Made by a program: the position numbers and the translations under genes. The notes below the pieces were generated by a model. The model did not search any database. It was not told the DNA's origin and was given only the letters and a program-made list of their open reading frames with translations. Source: Chloroflexota bacterium (GTDB lineage Bacteria > Chloroflexota > Dehalococcoidia > Lucifugimonadales > Australimonadaceae). From it: DNA of 58,876 nucleotides. Shown here in pieces: positions 27,470-37,739 of the stretch. The stretch lies in NCBI GenBank assembly GCA_022561985.1, contig JADFQE010000003.1, positions 1-58,876 of the forward strand. Reading direction: 5' to 3'. Positions within the stretch are counted from its first letter, which is position 1. Each line of letters begins with the position of its first letter.

Positions 27470-28579
27470 CTAAGCGGCCCCGGCGGGCTGGTAGCCCAGC
27501 TTGGGCAGCGCCTCTTTGAGCGCCGCGAGGACGTCGTCGATGTCCTCGGTGGAGACGTAGCCCATGTGGCCGATGCGGAAGACGCGCCCGGCGAGCAGGC
27601 CGCGGCCTTCGGCTGCGATGATGTCGTAGTCGTCCCGCAGCATGTTCAGCAGGTCCTCGTCCTTGATCCCCTCCGGCAGGTACGCCGCGGTGACGGTGTT
27701 CGAGGCGTACTTCTCCTCGGTGGCAACGAGCTTGAGCCCGAGCGCCTTCAGCCCGTCCCGGGTGTAGCGCGCGATCTTCTGGTGGAACGCGTAAACGGAC
27801 TCCATGTCGCCCTGGGCCAGCATCTGCTGGAGGGCGTGGTCGAGCCCGTACATCAGCGAGATGGCCGGCGTCCACGGCGTCTGCCCCAACCCGAAGGACT
27901 TCTTCGCCTCGGCGAGGCTGAAGTAGAACCTCGGCATCTTGGCCGTCTCCGACGCCTTCCAGGCGCGCTCGCTGAAGCTGATCATGGCGAGGCCCGGCGG
28001 GCACATCCAGCCCTTCTGCGAGCCCGCGATGACCACGTCGAGGTCCCAGGCGTCCACGGGCAGGTTGATGGAGCCGAGCGAGGAGATCGCGTCGACCAGG
28101 ATGAGCTTGTCGAACTCGCCCTTGACGATGGGCGCGATGACGCCGAGCTCGTTGGTGATGCCGGTGGACGTCTCGTTGTGGGTGACGAGCACCGTCGTGA
28201 CGGCCGGGTCGTCCTTGAGCGCCTGTCGGACCCGCTCGGGGTCCACCGCCTCGCCGTCCGGGAACTTCAGCACGTTCACGTCGGCGCCATAAGCCGTCGC
28301 GATTCGGGCGAAGCGGTCGCCGAAGTTGCCGACGGTGACCGCGAGCACGCGATCGCCGGGCGAGAGCGTGTTGACGATGGCCGCCTCCATGGCGCCGGTG
28401 CCGGAGGAGGTGAAGACGAAGATGTCGTTCTTCGTGAGGAACGCGCGCTGGAGGTTGGCGGTGATGCGCCTGAGCATCTCCGCGAACTCGGCGCCGCGGT
28501 GGTCGATCATCTGCTTGCTCATCGCCTCCACGACGTCCGGCGGGACGGGCGTGGGGCCGGGCAGGCGGAGGTTCGCCAT
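27470..28579 (-). CDS. class-V aminotransferase (serine-glyoxylate / phosphoserine aminotransferase-like)
   Basis: LPGPTPVPPDVVEAM..., SQKGW (PLP Lys). It lies directly upstream of serA, with AGGAGA upstream. Confidence 0.8.
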   Translation of the reverse strand: MANLRLPGPTPVPPDVVEAMSKQMIDHRGAEFAEMLRRITANLQRAFLTKNDIFVFTSSGTGAMEAAIVNTLSPGDRVLAVTVGNFGDRFARIATAYGADVNVLKFPDGEAVDPERVRQALKDDPAVTTVLVTHNETSTGITNELGVIAPIVKGEFDKLILVDAISSLGSINLPVDAWDLDVVIAGSQKGWMCPPGLAMISFSERAWKASETAKMPRFYFSLAEAKKSFGLGQTPWTPAISLMYGLDHALQQMLAQGDMESVYAFHQKIARYTRDGLKALGLKLVATEEKYASNTVTAAYLPEGIKDEDLLNMLRDDYDIIAAEGRGLLAGRVFRIGHMGYVSTEDIDDVLAALKEALPKLGYQPAGAA

Positions 28580-28712
28580 GGGTATCTCCTGAAGCTGGTC
28601 TGGTCTGCGGGGAGCCGGTCGTACGGGACTGCGTCGATTATACGGGCGGCGCTGGCGGGCCATCAATGGTCTGTGCGCAGATTCACAAACGGCCGGCACC
28701 CACGACCGTCCC

Positions 28713-29468
28713 CTAGCCGCGGGCGGCCGAGTACCCGATGAGGCCGGAGACGACGGCGCCCACCCCCGCCAGGAGCACGACGACGAGCGAGATGCGCCGG
28801 AACAGGGCGACCGCGATCCTCGGGGCGAGCCATATGCCGACCCCGACGCCGGCCAGGGCCCCCGGAAGCAGCACCAGCGAGAGCATGAGCACGTCGCGGG
28901 TGAGGATCCCGCCGATCGCGAAACTCGGCAGGGCGATCAGGTTCAGCACCTGGAAGTAGAAGACGAGGTTTGCCCGGAACTCCTTCGGGTCCACGCCCTG
29001 ATTGGCGAAGAAGAGGACGACGGGGGGGCCCGAGAGCCCCGTGGCGCCGCCGAGGAGTCCGCTGGCGGCGCCCACCGGTATCGAGGCGAGGCGCTCGTTC
29101 GATGCGGTGCGCTGGATGCCGAGCAGCATCCCCACCGACGTCACGCCGACCACGACGCCCATCACCACCCGGATGATCGCACCGTCGAGCCCGATGAGCA
29201 GCGCCGCTCCGACGGGCGTGAGCGCGGCGCCCGCAAGCACCAGTGCCCACACGCGCCGCAGGTTGATCCTCCGGTATCCGCCGATCAGGATGGCCGCGTT
29301 CAGCGCGACGCTCTGCAGCAGCATGACCGGGACGACGAGGGTTGGCTCGAGGTAGATCGTGAGCACCGGGGCGGCGACGATGACGAAGCCGAAGCCCGTG
29401 ACTCCCTGCACGAGGGCCGCCGCGAAGACGGCAACGGCGGAGACGAGGATGAGGGGCACGTCAACCAT
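28713..29468 (-). CDS. TauE/SafE (DUF81) family anion exporter membrane protein
   Basis: Polytopic membrane protein with the characteristic opening LVQGVTGFGFVIVAAP. Confidence 0.75.
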   Translation of the reverse strand: MVDVPLILVSAVAVFAAALVQGVTGFGFVIVAAPVLTIYLEPTLVVPVMLLQSVALNAAILIGGYRRINLRRVWALVLAGAALTPVGAALLIGLDGAIIRVVMGVVVGVTSVGMLLGIQRTASNERLASIPVGAASGLLGGATGLSGPPVVLFFANQGVDPKEFRANLVFYFQVLNLIALPSFAIGGILTRDVLMLSLVLLPGALAGVGVGIWLAPRIAVALFRRISLVVVLLAGVGAVVSGLIGYSAARG

Positions 29469-29523
29469 GCGGGATCGACCTTCAGGGGGTGGCGGTGAGC
29501 GGCAGGAAGTACCGGCGGCGGGC

Positions 29524-30291
29524 CTAGAGTATCTGCGACAGGAAGAGCTTGGTCCGCTCGTTCTGAGGGTCATCGAAGATCTGGGCCGGGGTCCCCGCTT
29601 CGAGGATCGTGCCCTCGTCGAACATCATCATGCGGTCGGCGACCTCCCTCGCGAACCCCATCTCGTGGGTGATCACGATCATGGTCATGCCGGAGGTTGC
29701 CAGCTCGCGCATGACGTCCAGCACCTCCTTGATCATCTCGGGGTCGAGCGCGGAGGTGGGCTCGTCGAACAGCATGATCTTCGGCTGCATGGCGAGCGCC
29801 CTGGCGATCGCGACCCGCTGCTGCTGTCCGCCGGAGAGCTGCGCGGGGTACTTGTCTGCTTGCTCCAAGATGCCAACGCGCTCCAGCAGCTCGGTGGCGG
29901 TCGCCTCCGCCTGGTCGCGGCTCCACTTCCGCACGCGTCTCGGCGCCAGCGTGATGTTCTGCATCACCGTGAGATGCGGGAAGAGGTTGAAGGACTGGAA
30001 GACCATGCCCACGTCGCGCCGGACCGCATCGATGTTGCGGATGTCGTGGGTGAGGGCCACGCCGTTCACGATGATCTCTCCCCGCTGGTGCTCCTCCAGG
30101 TGATTGAGCGTCCGGATGAAGGTGGACTTCCCCGACCCGGATGGACCGAAGACGACGACAACCTCCGCCTGATGGATGGTGACGTTGAGGCCGCGGAGCA
30201 CGTGGAAGTCGCCGAACCACTTGTGGACGTCCCGGCAGACGATGCTCTCGGGCGGGGTCTCTGCCTGAGTCTCGAGTGACTCGCTCGTCAT
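29524..30291 (-). CDS. polar amino-acid ABC transporter ATP-binding protein
   Basis: [24 protein letters not shown] and [13 protein letters not shown] motifs. Confidence 0.9.
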   Translation of the reverse strand: MTSESLETQAETPPESIVCRDVHKWFGDFHVLRGLNVTIHQAEVVVVFGPSGSGKSTFIRTLNHLEEHQRGEIIVNGVALTHDIRNIDAVRRDVGMVFQSFNLFPHLTVMQNITLAPRRVRKWSRDQAEATATELLERVGILEQADKYPAQLSGGQQQRVAIARALAMQPKIMLFDEPTSALDPEMIKEVLDVMRELATSGMTMIVITHEMGFAREVADRMMMFDEGTILEAGTPAQIFDDPQNERTKLFLSQIL

Positions 30292-30318
30292 ATGTCCTTC
30301 CTTGATCCTGCGATAAGC

Positions 30319-31701
30319 CTACCGCGTGCCCACGCCGAGCGTGTCCTCTAGCTTCCTGCTCGCATAGGCCATCGCGAACGTGAAGACCCAGAAGACGGCG
30401 GCGATGAAGAGGTAGACCTCGGCCTGGGCGCCGAACCACCGGACGTTGCCCAGGAAGAGGGCCTTCCCGATCCCCAAGACGTCGAGCAGGCCGACGATGA
30501 CGACGAGGGTCGTGTCCTTGAACAGGCTGATGAACTGGCCCACGATCGCCGGTATCACCGCCCGCAACGCCTGCGGAAGCACGATGAAGAGCATCGTTTG
30601 GAACCCGCCCAGCCCCAGCGCCTTCGCTCCCTCGATCTGCCCTAGCGGCACGGCCGCAAGCCCGCCGCGGATGTTCTCCGCCATGTACGCCGAGCTGAAG
30701 AGCGTGATGGCGAACAGGGCGCGCAGCACGAGGTCGAAGGAGGTCCCCCGGGGCAGGAAGAGGGGGACGATGATCACCGTCATGAACAGCAGCGTCACGA
30801 GTGGAACACCACGGACGAGCTCGATGAAGGTGATGCTGAAACCCTTCAGCACCGGCAGCCGGCTCCTTCTGCCCAGGGCCAGCAGCACCCCGATGGGGAA
30901 CGATGCGGCGATACCCACCAGGGCGAGCACGAAGGTGAGCAGCAGTCCCCCCCACCGGCTCGTGCCCACCCGGGGCGCGATGTCCGTCTGCCCGAGCCCC
31001 CAGAACATGACGATGGTCACGAGGAAGAGCGCGCCCCAGCCCCAGGCGAGCCACCGCAGCACGACCCCCGCCGGGAACCGGCCGACCCACCCCGCCACGC
31101 CCAGCACGACCGTGAGCGCGGCTCCCGCGCCGAAGAAGCCCCGGAGGCTCTCACCGAGGGACGTCTCCTCGAAACCCCATATGAGCGCCATGCCGAGGAA
31201 GAAGCCCAGCACCCAGGCCCGCATCACCCACTTGGGATCGAGCGCCGCAGCGCGCGCCAGCGCGAAGCCGAGCACGATCGAGGCAGCGCCGCCGAGATAC
31301 CACGCCCGCACCGCGAGGTCGAACCCGGCCGGCTCCAGGGGCGAGAGCGCGACGATCAAGCTCCCCGCTGCCATGATCCTCGCGAAGGTGCGCAGGACGC
31401 CGCCCCACACCGCCCACGAGACGCCCATCAGCGCGGCGGCGCCGACCACCACGGCCCCGACGCGCCAGAGCTCCTCGGTGGGGTACTGCCCGACCAGGAA
31501 CAGCTTGAGGCTCTCGGTAACGGGGCTCCAGTCGGCCGAGAAGACGACCCACCGGAAGATGGCAACGAGCATGAGCACGCTCAGGACACCCGTCACCACC
31601 GTGAACGCCGCGTTGAGGGCGGTGCTGAACAGGTTCGCCCTGAGCCAACCCACGATCCCCACGCTCGTGGATGGCGGCAGCACTTCGGGTGTGGTGGCCA
31701 T
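30319..31701 (-). CDS. amino-acid ABC transporter permease (long AapM/YhdY type)
   Basis: Multi-TM protein with FIELVRGVPLVTLLF and an EAAxALG-like motif (IEGAKALGLGGFQ). Confidence 0.85.
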   Translation of the reverse strand: MATTPEVLPPSTSVGIVGWLRANLFSTALNAAFTVVTGVLSVLMLVAIFRWVVFSADWSPVTESLKLFLVGQYPTEELWRVGAVVVGAAALMGVSWAVWGGVLRTFARIMAAGSLIVALSPLEPAGFDLAVRAWYLGGAASIVLGFALARAAALDPKWVMRAWVLGFFLGMALIWGFEETSLGESLRGFFGAGAALTVVLGVAGWVGRFPAGVVLRWLAWGWGALFLVTIVMFWGLGQTDIAPRVGTSRWGGLLLTFVLALVGIAASFPIGVLLALGRRSRLPVLKGFSITFIELVRGVPLVTLLFMTVIIVPLFLPRGTSFDLVLRALFAITLFSSAYMAENIRGGLAAVPLGQIEGAKALGLGGFQTMLFIVLPQALRAVIPAIVGQFISLFKDTTLVVIVGLLDVLGIGKALFLGNVRWFGAQAEVYLFIAAVFWVFTFAMAYASRKLEDTLGVGTR

Positions 31702-31703
31702 GC

Positions 31704-32873
31704 CTAGCGCTCCACCATCTGGACCCGCCTGTTGTACAGGTTGCCGACGGCCGCCCAGGTGAGGCTCATGGCGAGATACGCGGCCATGATCAGCAGGAAG
31801 ATGGGAAGGGCACGCCCCGCCTGGTTGATCATCGTCCGTCCAACCGTGAACAGCTCTGGGTAGGCGATGGCCACGGCCAGGCTCGAGTTCTTGGTGAGGT
31901 TCAGGTACTGGCTGATGAGGGGCGGCACGATGACGCGCAGCGCCTGCGGGAAGATCACGAGCCGGGTGGTCTGGGCGTTACTCAGCCCCACCGCCAGGGC
32001 GGCCTCGCGCTGCCCGCGGCTGACCGATTGGACCCCCGCACGCACGATCTCCGCGATGAACGCGCCCGTATAGAGGACGAGCCCCACGAGCAGAGCCCCG
32101 AACTCGGGCGTGATCCGGCCCCCACCCGCGAAGTTGAACTCGCCCAGAACGGGCACGTTCCGCACGACGGGGCTGCCGTCCGCCGCGAGCCAGCCAGCCG
32201 CGGCGATGGCGGCGAAGGCGAGCCAAGGGCCCACGACGGCGTGCGAGGGGCGCCCGGTCCGCTGCTCGCGCCACCTGAGCGCGAAGCGCAGGGCGGCCGC
32301 CACCGCGAGGGCGGCCGCGAGGTACGCCACCCACGCATCGAAGGACGGCGTGGCCTGCGGCGAGACGAAGAACAGCCCCCGGTTGCTCAGGTAGACCGGC
32401 CCCGGCAGACGGATCGCCTGCTGGACGAGGGGCAGCGCCTGGAATACGGCAAAGTACCAGAAGAAGAGCTGCACGAGCAGCGGTACGTTGCGGATGATCT
32501 GGATGTAGACGCCGGCCAGGTTCCGCACCAGCCAGTTGGACGAGAGGCGGGCGAGCCCGACGACGATGCCGAGCACCGTGGCCAGGAGCACGCCGAGCAC
32601 CGCGGCCTTGAGCGTGTTGATGATGCCGACGGCGAACGCGTGGAGGAAGGAGTCGCCGGGGTCATAGTCGATGACCGACTCCCCGATGGGGAAGCCCGCC
32701 TCCTGGCCGAGGAAGTCGAAGCCCAACGAGAGGCCGCGCTCGTCCGCGGCCGAGCGCAGGTTCGCGACGAAGAACACCAGGAGGGAGACGACGAACACGA
32801 CCGACACGAGCTGGCCGATCGCCTGAAGGACCCGGACGTCCCGCCACAGCGGGATGCCACGGTAGGTGAGCAT
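31704..32873 (-). CDS. amino-acid ABC transporter permease (AapQ/YhdX type)
   Basis: Multi-TM protein with QREAALAVGLS and IIRNVPLLVQLFF. The ORF extends to 32939. Confidence 0.85.
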   Translation of the reverse strand: MLTYRGIPLWRDVRVLQAIGQLVSVVFVVSLLVFFVANLRSAADERGLSLGFDFLGQEAGFPIGESVIDYDPGDSFLHAFAVGIINTLKAAVLGVLLATVLGIVVGLARLSSNWLVRNLAGVYIQIIRNVPLLVQLFFWYFAVFQALPLVQQAIRLPGPVYLSNRGLFFVSPQATPSFDAWVAYLAAALAVAAALRFALRWREQRTGRPSHAVVGPWLAFAAIAAAGWLAADGSPVVRNVPVLGEFNFAGGGRITPEFGALLVGLVLYTGAFIAEIVRAGVQSVSRGQREAALAVGLSNAQTTRLVIFPQALRVIVPPLISQYLNLTKNSSLAVAIAYPELFTVGRTMINQAGRALPIFLLIMAAYLAMSLTWAAVGNLYNRRVQMVER

Positions 32874-32966
32874 GCGGCGGAGTTGGTTCGTCAATGGCTG
32901 ATGCCAGGGAGCACGTGCGGACGGCCGGGCCGGACCCACACGTGCTCCCCTCAGACCCGAGCGCCG

Positions 32967-34025
32967 CTACTTGAGCGGCGGTGCGTAGATCAAGCCACCG
33001 TTGAGCCACAGCTCGTTGCTCTGGCGCGGGAGCTCGAAGGAGATGCCGTTCGGTCCCATGTAGCGGTCGTAGATCTCGCCGTAGTTGCCCACGGCCTTGA
33101 TCACGTCGACGGCGAAGTCCGCGTCCAGTCCAAGGTCGGCCTGGCCGAACTCACCCTCGGCGCCGAGCATGCGCCGGATGGCGATGTTGTCGCTCGTGAC
33201 CATCGAGTCGACGTTCGCCTGCGTCACGCCCATCTCCTCGGCGTTGATCAGGACCCACATGACCGTCTTCACCAGGTCGAACCACTGGTCGTCGCCGTGC
33301 GGGACGACGGGTGTCAGCGGCTCCTTGGAGATGGTCTCGGGAAGGATCTTGTGGTCGCCGGGGCTCGCGAACCCACTGCGTATGGCCGCCAGCTGACTCT
33401 TGTCGCTGGTGGTCACGTCGCAGCGGCCCGACTCGTACGCCCCGTACACGCTTGCTGTGTCCTCGAAGACCACGGTCTCCAGGGCCAGGCCGTTCTGACG
33501 GAAGAAGTCCGCCAGGTTGAGCTCCGTGGTGGTCCCGCTGGTGACGCAAGCCGTCACGCCGTCCAGGTCCAGGGCGCTCTCGAACCCGCTGTCCGCCCGC
33601 ACCATGAAGCCCTGGCCGTCGTAGAACATGATCGTCGTGTAGTTGCCCCACTGGGAATCACGCGTGGAGGTCCACGTGACGTTCCTGGTGAGCACGTCGA
33701 CCTCACCGCTCTGGATCGTCGGTCCGCGCTCGGATGCGGAGATCGGCCGCACTTCGATGGCGTTGGGGTCGCCGAAGATCGCCGCCGCCACGGCCCGGCC
33801 CAGGTCGATGTCGAACCCGACGTTCTTCCCCGAGGAGTCGAGGAACCCGAATCCGGCCAGGTCCGTCCGGCCCGCGATGATCAGGTTGCCTCGGTCCTTC
33901 ACGGTGTCGAGACGGCCACCGGACGCCGCGGCGTCGCCGTCATCGTCGCCGCACGCGGCGAGCGCCGCCATGAGGATGGCCACGAGGATGAGCAAGAGAG
34001 GGTATCTGAGTTTCATGTGTCGCAT
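32967..34025 (-). CDS. amino-acid ABC transporter substrate-binding lipoprotein (AapJ-like)
   Basis: AGGAGA 5 nt upstream of the ATG at 34025, lipobox LAAC, and a type-3 SBP-like body. Confidence 0.85.
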   Translation of the reverse strand: MRHMKLRYPLLLILVAILMAALAACGDDDGDAAASGGRLDTVKDRGNLIIAGRTDLAGFGFLDSSGKNVGFDIDLGRAVAAAIFGDPNAIEVRPISASERGPTIQSGEVDVLTRNVTWTSTRDSQWGNYTTIMFYDGQGFMVRADSGFESALDLDGVTACVTSGTTTELNLADFFRQNGLALETVVFEDTASVYGAYESGRCDVTTSDKSQLAAIRSGFASPGDHKILPETISKEPLTPVVPHGDDQWFDLVKTVMWVLINAEEMGVTQANVDSMVTSDNIAIRRMLGAEGEFGQADLGLDADFAVDVIKAVGNYGEIYDRYMGPNGISFELPRQSNELWLNGGLIYAPPLK

Positions 34026-34083
34026 GATTTCTCCTAGCGAGCCTGTACGTCTACCGATGTCGTTCCATGATTCGTCACGATGC

Positions 34084-34092
34084 ACTATACCA
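34084..34092 (-). promoter_or_regulatory. extended -10-like TGGTATAGT upstream of the ABC transporter operon
   Basis: Seen on the minus strand about 60 nt upstream of the SBP start. Confidence 0.3.
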
Positions 34093-34262
34093 ATAACCGC
34101 CGGCGTCGCAGAGATGCCAAGCAGACGGGCCCGGCCACGGCCACCCGGTCCTCTGACAGCCCCCAGGTTCGCGCCGCGCCGTGAGGGAGCCGTGAGTCCA
34201 AGCCGGGATGGCGTGAAGGTGCCGTGCAGGCGCCGCTGCGCGCACGGCCGCGGCGGCCTACC

Positions 34263-35450
34263 CTACCCCGGCTTCGGGCACCCGATGCCGAGGAAGTCCG
34301 TTTCCTCCATGAGGTATCCATCGTCGGGCGACACCGTCAGTGTCATTCCTGCGAACGCCTCGACGTTCTCGCGGAGCAGGTCTACGTTGACCAGCCGCCG
34401 CAGCTTCCCGGTCGTGTCGGCGGCCACCATCTGGAGCAGGATGCGCTGGATCACCACGTCGCCTGGGTGGAGTCCGTCTTTGAATTCGCACGACTCGAAG
34501 CCGAGTGAATCCGGGTCTAGGAAATCGATAAAGGGCAGCCCCAACCGGCGCACGGCACCTTCGATCTCGTCGAGATAAGCGTAGGCATCTCCTTTGGCGC
34601 GCATCGCCTCATAGACCTCCGGCGCCACCGGCGGCGAGAACGCCCAGATCTCGATGTCGTGCTCATCGAGGAAGCTCAGCAATTCCATGAGCGACGAGAG
34701 CCGCACCTCGCTGACGTGCGCCCCCGGCGCGAGGCGCTCGAGCCCATGCTCCACCTCCCGGAGCGTCCCCTGGAAGGGGGAGCCGCCGCTCGTGGGTTCT
34801 TCGAGCACCTCAGCCCCGTACTGGTACGACCCGTCGGGCCGGAACCCCGCAGCGCGCTGGACCGCCAGGATGCCGCTCAGGTTCCCCTCGGTGTACACGT
34901 TCCGAGGCTTCCCCGTGACGATCATCCAGAAGAACGAGGAGAGCGTGATCGTGCGGTTGCGGATGCCCTCCAGTGGAACGAGAAGCTTGCTGAGTGTGCT
35001 GGTCCCGGCTTCAGCGGTAACGGTCCTGACCGCGGCGTAAGCATCGTTGAACTCCCAGAAGTCGAGATCGAGCAGGACCGCTTCGGGGAGCCGCTCGCGG
35101 GGAAGGTCGAGCAGGAATCGTAGCGCGAGATCCGAATTCACCGTGGCGCCACCAGCATTGGTGAACGGGACAGTGAAGAACTCCTCCCTGAGCTGGAACG
35201 AGCGCGAGGAGCCCAGCGCGAGCAGCTCAGGCCGGCGCTGACGGACCAGCTCCTGCTTGTACGCGTACACGTCCCCATGGATAGCCGAGCCCCAGACCGC
35301 ATCCCTGGCCAACTGGGATTCCACGATCTCGCCGTAGCTCTTGAGCTCATCGGTCCGCCACAGATACCCCGCGCTCAACAGTCCGGGCACGACAAGCAGG
35401 CTGAGGGTCAGCACGTAGGTGCTGAAGTATGTCGAAAGATGGATTCTCAT
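34263..35450 (-). CDS. DltD/AlgJ-like membrane-anchored protein (partner of the MBOAT acyltransferase)
   Basis: N-terminal TM and an LALGSSRSF Ser motif resembling the DltD GSSE region. It lies directly downstream of the MBOAT gene. Confidence 0.55.
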   Translation of the reverse strand: MRIHLSTYFSTYVLTLSLLVVPGLLSAGYLWRTDELKSYGEIVESQLARDAVWGSAIHGDVYAYKQELVRQRRPELLALGSSRSFQLREEFFTVPFTNAGGATVNSDLALRFLLDLPRERLPEAVLLDLDFWEFNDAYAAVRTVTAEAGTSTLSKLLVPLEGIRNRTITLSSFFWMIVTGKPRNVYTEGNLSGILAVQRAAGFRPDGSYQYGAEVLEEPTSGGSPFQGTLREVEHGLERLAPGAHVSEVRLSSLMELLSFLDEHDIEIWAFSPPVAPEVYEAMRAKGDAYAYLDEIEGAVRRLGLPFIDFLDPDSLGFESCEFKDGLHPGDVVIQRILLQMVAADTTGKLRRLVNVDLLRENVEAFAGMTLTVSPDDGYLMEETDFLGIGCPKPG

Positions 35451-35474
35451 GCGCTATGTGTGACCGGCAGAAGG

Positions 35475-37037
35475 TCAGAACTGATAGTAGAGGAACTCGC
35501 TGCTACGGGAGACCATGAGGAGCACGGCCACAGCACCCAGGGCCGCCGTGAACACCGCCCACGCCGCGCTGGGGCGCCACTGCCACCACGCGCGGCCCAC
35601 GGCCCGACCCCCGGTAGGATCAAGGACCGGACGCGCCCTCGTCATCCACTCGTGGGTCGGAGGGACGAACCAGACGATCAGGAGCAGCGCGCCAAGGAAG
35701 GCGATACCGTTGGCCAAGCCCCCCGATGCGGTGAAGTTCCCAAGCCCGCTCTGGTAGGTGATCCACGGCACGACGGGGAGTGAGAGCGATTCGAGCCGCA
35801 GCGGCAGGACCACCCCGTTCAGACCGGCCATCCCCTCGAGCATCGCCAAGGCGCCGGACATCGTCGGAGCCCGGAAGAAGACCCAGAGGGTCGCGACCGC
35901 GATCAGCGTGAGCGCCCGGCTCGCACCGGTCTGGAGGGCCGACGAAGGCGCCCCGGGTCGGTGTCCCCGGAGCGTGCGCCACAGGTGGTTGAGCACGAGG
36001 AGCAGGCCGTGCAGCGCCCCCCAAACGACGAAGGTCCAGCCGGCCCCGTGCCAGATGCCTCCGATCAGCATGGTCAACAGGATCGCGGAGTAGCGGCGCG
36101 CCTCCGAGTAGCGGTTCCCGCCCAGCGGGATGTACACGTAATCGCGGAGGAACCTTGACAGCGTCATGTGCCACTGACGCCAGAAGTCGATCAGACTGGC
36201 CGCCTTGTAGGGCTGAGCGAAGTTCAGCGGTAGGCGGATCCCGAACATCCTGGCCAGTCCGACGGCCATGTCGGAATAGCCTGAGAAGTCGAAGAATATC
36301 TGGAACGTGTAGGCGAAGGTCCCTCCCCACGCCTCGAAGAACGAGGGAGCGGCCCCGGCCGCCGCCCCCTCGAACACGGGTGATGCGAAAACCGCGATGT
36401 GGTCCGCGATCACGACCTTCTTCACGAGCCCGACGGTGAAGATCGCCAGTCCCACCGCAAGGTCGAACCTCAGACGGCGCCAGGGGACGCGAGTGAATTG
36501 GGGCACGATCTCCCGATGATGAACGATGGGCCCAGCGATGAGCTGAGGGAAGAACGACACGAACAGGGCGTAGCGGAGGACGTTGGACTCGAACGCCCGG
36601 CCCCGGTACACGTCCACGAGGTAGGCGACCTGCTGGAGGGTGAAGAACGAGATGCCCAACGGCAGGATGATCTCGTCTAGCTGGAAGCCGGCCGCCCCAA
36701 GGTTCGTTGATGTATCGATGAAGAAGTTGGCGTACTTGAAGTATCCGAGGAGGCCAAGGTCCGCGGTGACCCCGGCGGCGAGGAGCAGCAGGCGCGCTCC
36801 GGGGCTCCGGTCCGCAAGCTCCCACGACCGCATGAGCCGGCCGACGGTGTAGTTGAACAGCACCGAGCCGCCGAGCAGCGGCAGATAGACCGGGTTCCAC
36901 CAGCCATAGAAGAAAAGCGACGCCGCCACCAGCCAGCCAATCCACCATAGTCCGGAGGAACGTCCGCGAAGGACGACGAACCCAGCGACAACGATGGGCA
37001 GGAACCCGAAGATGAACGGGAATGAGTTAAAGAGCAT
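35475..37037 (-). CDS. MBOAT-family O-acyltransferase (AlgI/DltB-like)
   Basis: MLFNSFPFIFGFLP start, WRQWHMTLSRFLRDYVYIPLGGNR, and GGIWHGAGWTFVVWGALHG with the catalytic His. The ORF extends to 37073. Confidence 0.85.
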   Translation of the reverse strand: MLFNSFPFIFGFLPIVVAGFVVLRGRSSGLWWIGWLVAASLFFYGWWNPVYLPLLGGSVLFNYTVGRLMRSWELADRSPGARLLLLAAGVTADLGLLGYFKYANFFIDTSTNLGAAGFQLDEIILPLGISFFTLQQVAYLVDVYRGRAFESNVLRYALFVSFFPQLIAGPIVHHREIVPQFTRVPWRRLRFDLAVGLAIFTVGLVKKVVIADHIAVFASPVFEGAAAGAAPSFFEAWGGTFAYTFQIFFDFSGYSDMAVGLARMFGIRLPLNFAQPYKAASLIDFWRQWHMTLSRFLRDYVYIPLGGNRYSEARRYSAILLTMLIGGIWHGAGWTFVVWGALHGLLLVLNHLWRTLRGHRPGAPSSALQTGASRALTLIAVATLWVFFRAPTMSGALAMLEGMAGLNGVVLPLRLESLSLPVVPWITYQSGLGNFTASGGLANGIAFLGALLLIVWFVPPTHEWMTRARPVLDPTGGRAVGRAWWQWRPSAAWAVFTAALGAVAVLLMVSRSSEFLYYQF

Positions 37038-37097
37038 TGGGCCGCGGCCCGCCGAGCTGAGTGACCGCGCCACCGGCCTTCGAGGAGCTTCGCACCC

Positions 37098-37610
37098 CTA
37101 CTCCAGCCCACCCTCGCGCTTGAACTCGGCCGCCTTGCCCACGTAGTGGCGCCACGTGTCGTCCATCATGTCGCGGTGGCGCTTCGCGACTTGCCCCCGC
37201 ACCCGCGCCGGTGCGCCGGCAACCAGCGTCTCGTCGGCGACCTCCGCCCCTTCGAGCACGACCGAGTTCGCGGCCACGAGCGCGGAGCGGCCGATGACCG
37301 CGCCCTCGTTCACGACGCAGCCGTTGCCCAGCAAAGCGCCGTCGCCCACGCGCGCGGCGTGGCAGACGACGCCGTGCCCAAGCGTGACGTGGTCGCCGAT
37401 GGCGGCGCCGTGGTCGGCGTGCACGACGGCGTTGTCCTGGATGTTCGTGCTCGCGCCGATGGTGATCTTGCCGTTGTCGGCGCGGATCACGACGCCGGGC
37501 CAGATGCTCGAATGCTCGCCCACCTCGATATCGCCGACGAGATAGGCGGCCTCGCTCACGAAGGCCGTGGGGTGGATACGGGGCGACTTACCGTTGAAGC
37601 TGCGGAGCAT
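37098..37610 (-). CDS. gamma-carbonic-anhydrase-like hexapeptide-repeat protein
   Basis: The opening IHPTAFVSEAAYLVGDIEVGEHSSIWPGVVIRAD is typical of the YrdA/PaaY family. Confidence 0.85.
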   Translation of the reverse strand: MLRSFNGKSPRIHPTAFVSEAAYLVGDIEVGEHSSIWPGVVIRADNGKITIGASTNIQDNAVVHADHGAAIGDHVTLGHGVVCHAARVGDGALLGNGCVVNEGAVIGRSALVAANSVVLEGAEVADETLVAGAPARVRGQVAKRHRDMMDDTWRHYVGKAAEFKREGGLE

Positions 37611-37739
37611 CGATGGGGGGCTCCCCGGGGGTGATCGAGACCCCGCTCAGCATACAGGCCCACGGCATGGCTGTGCCCTCGCGGTGTAGACTGGCGTCTG
37701 CTTCTCAAGCCCTCTCTCTCTTGACGCCGAGGTAGCCCG

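Noticed and set aside
37611-37739. T-box leader upstream of trpS (and 6835-6938 upstream of glyQS).
   Set aside because: The leaders are only about 100-130 nt, and I could not find the conserved T-box sequence or a specifier/terminator arrangement.
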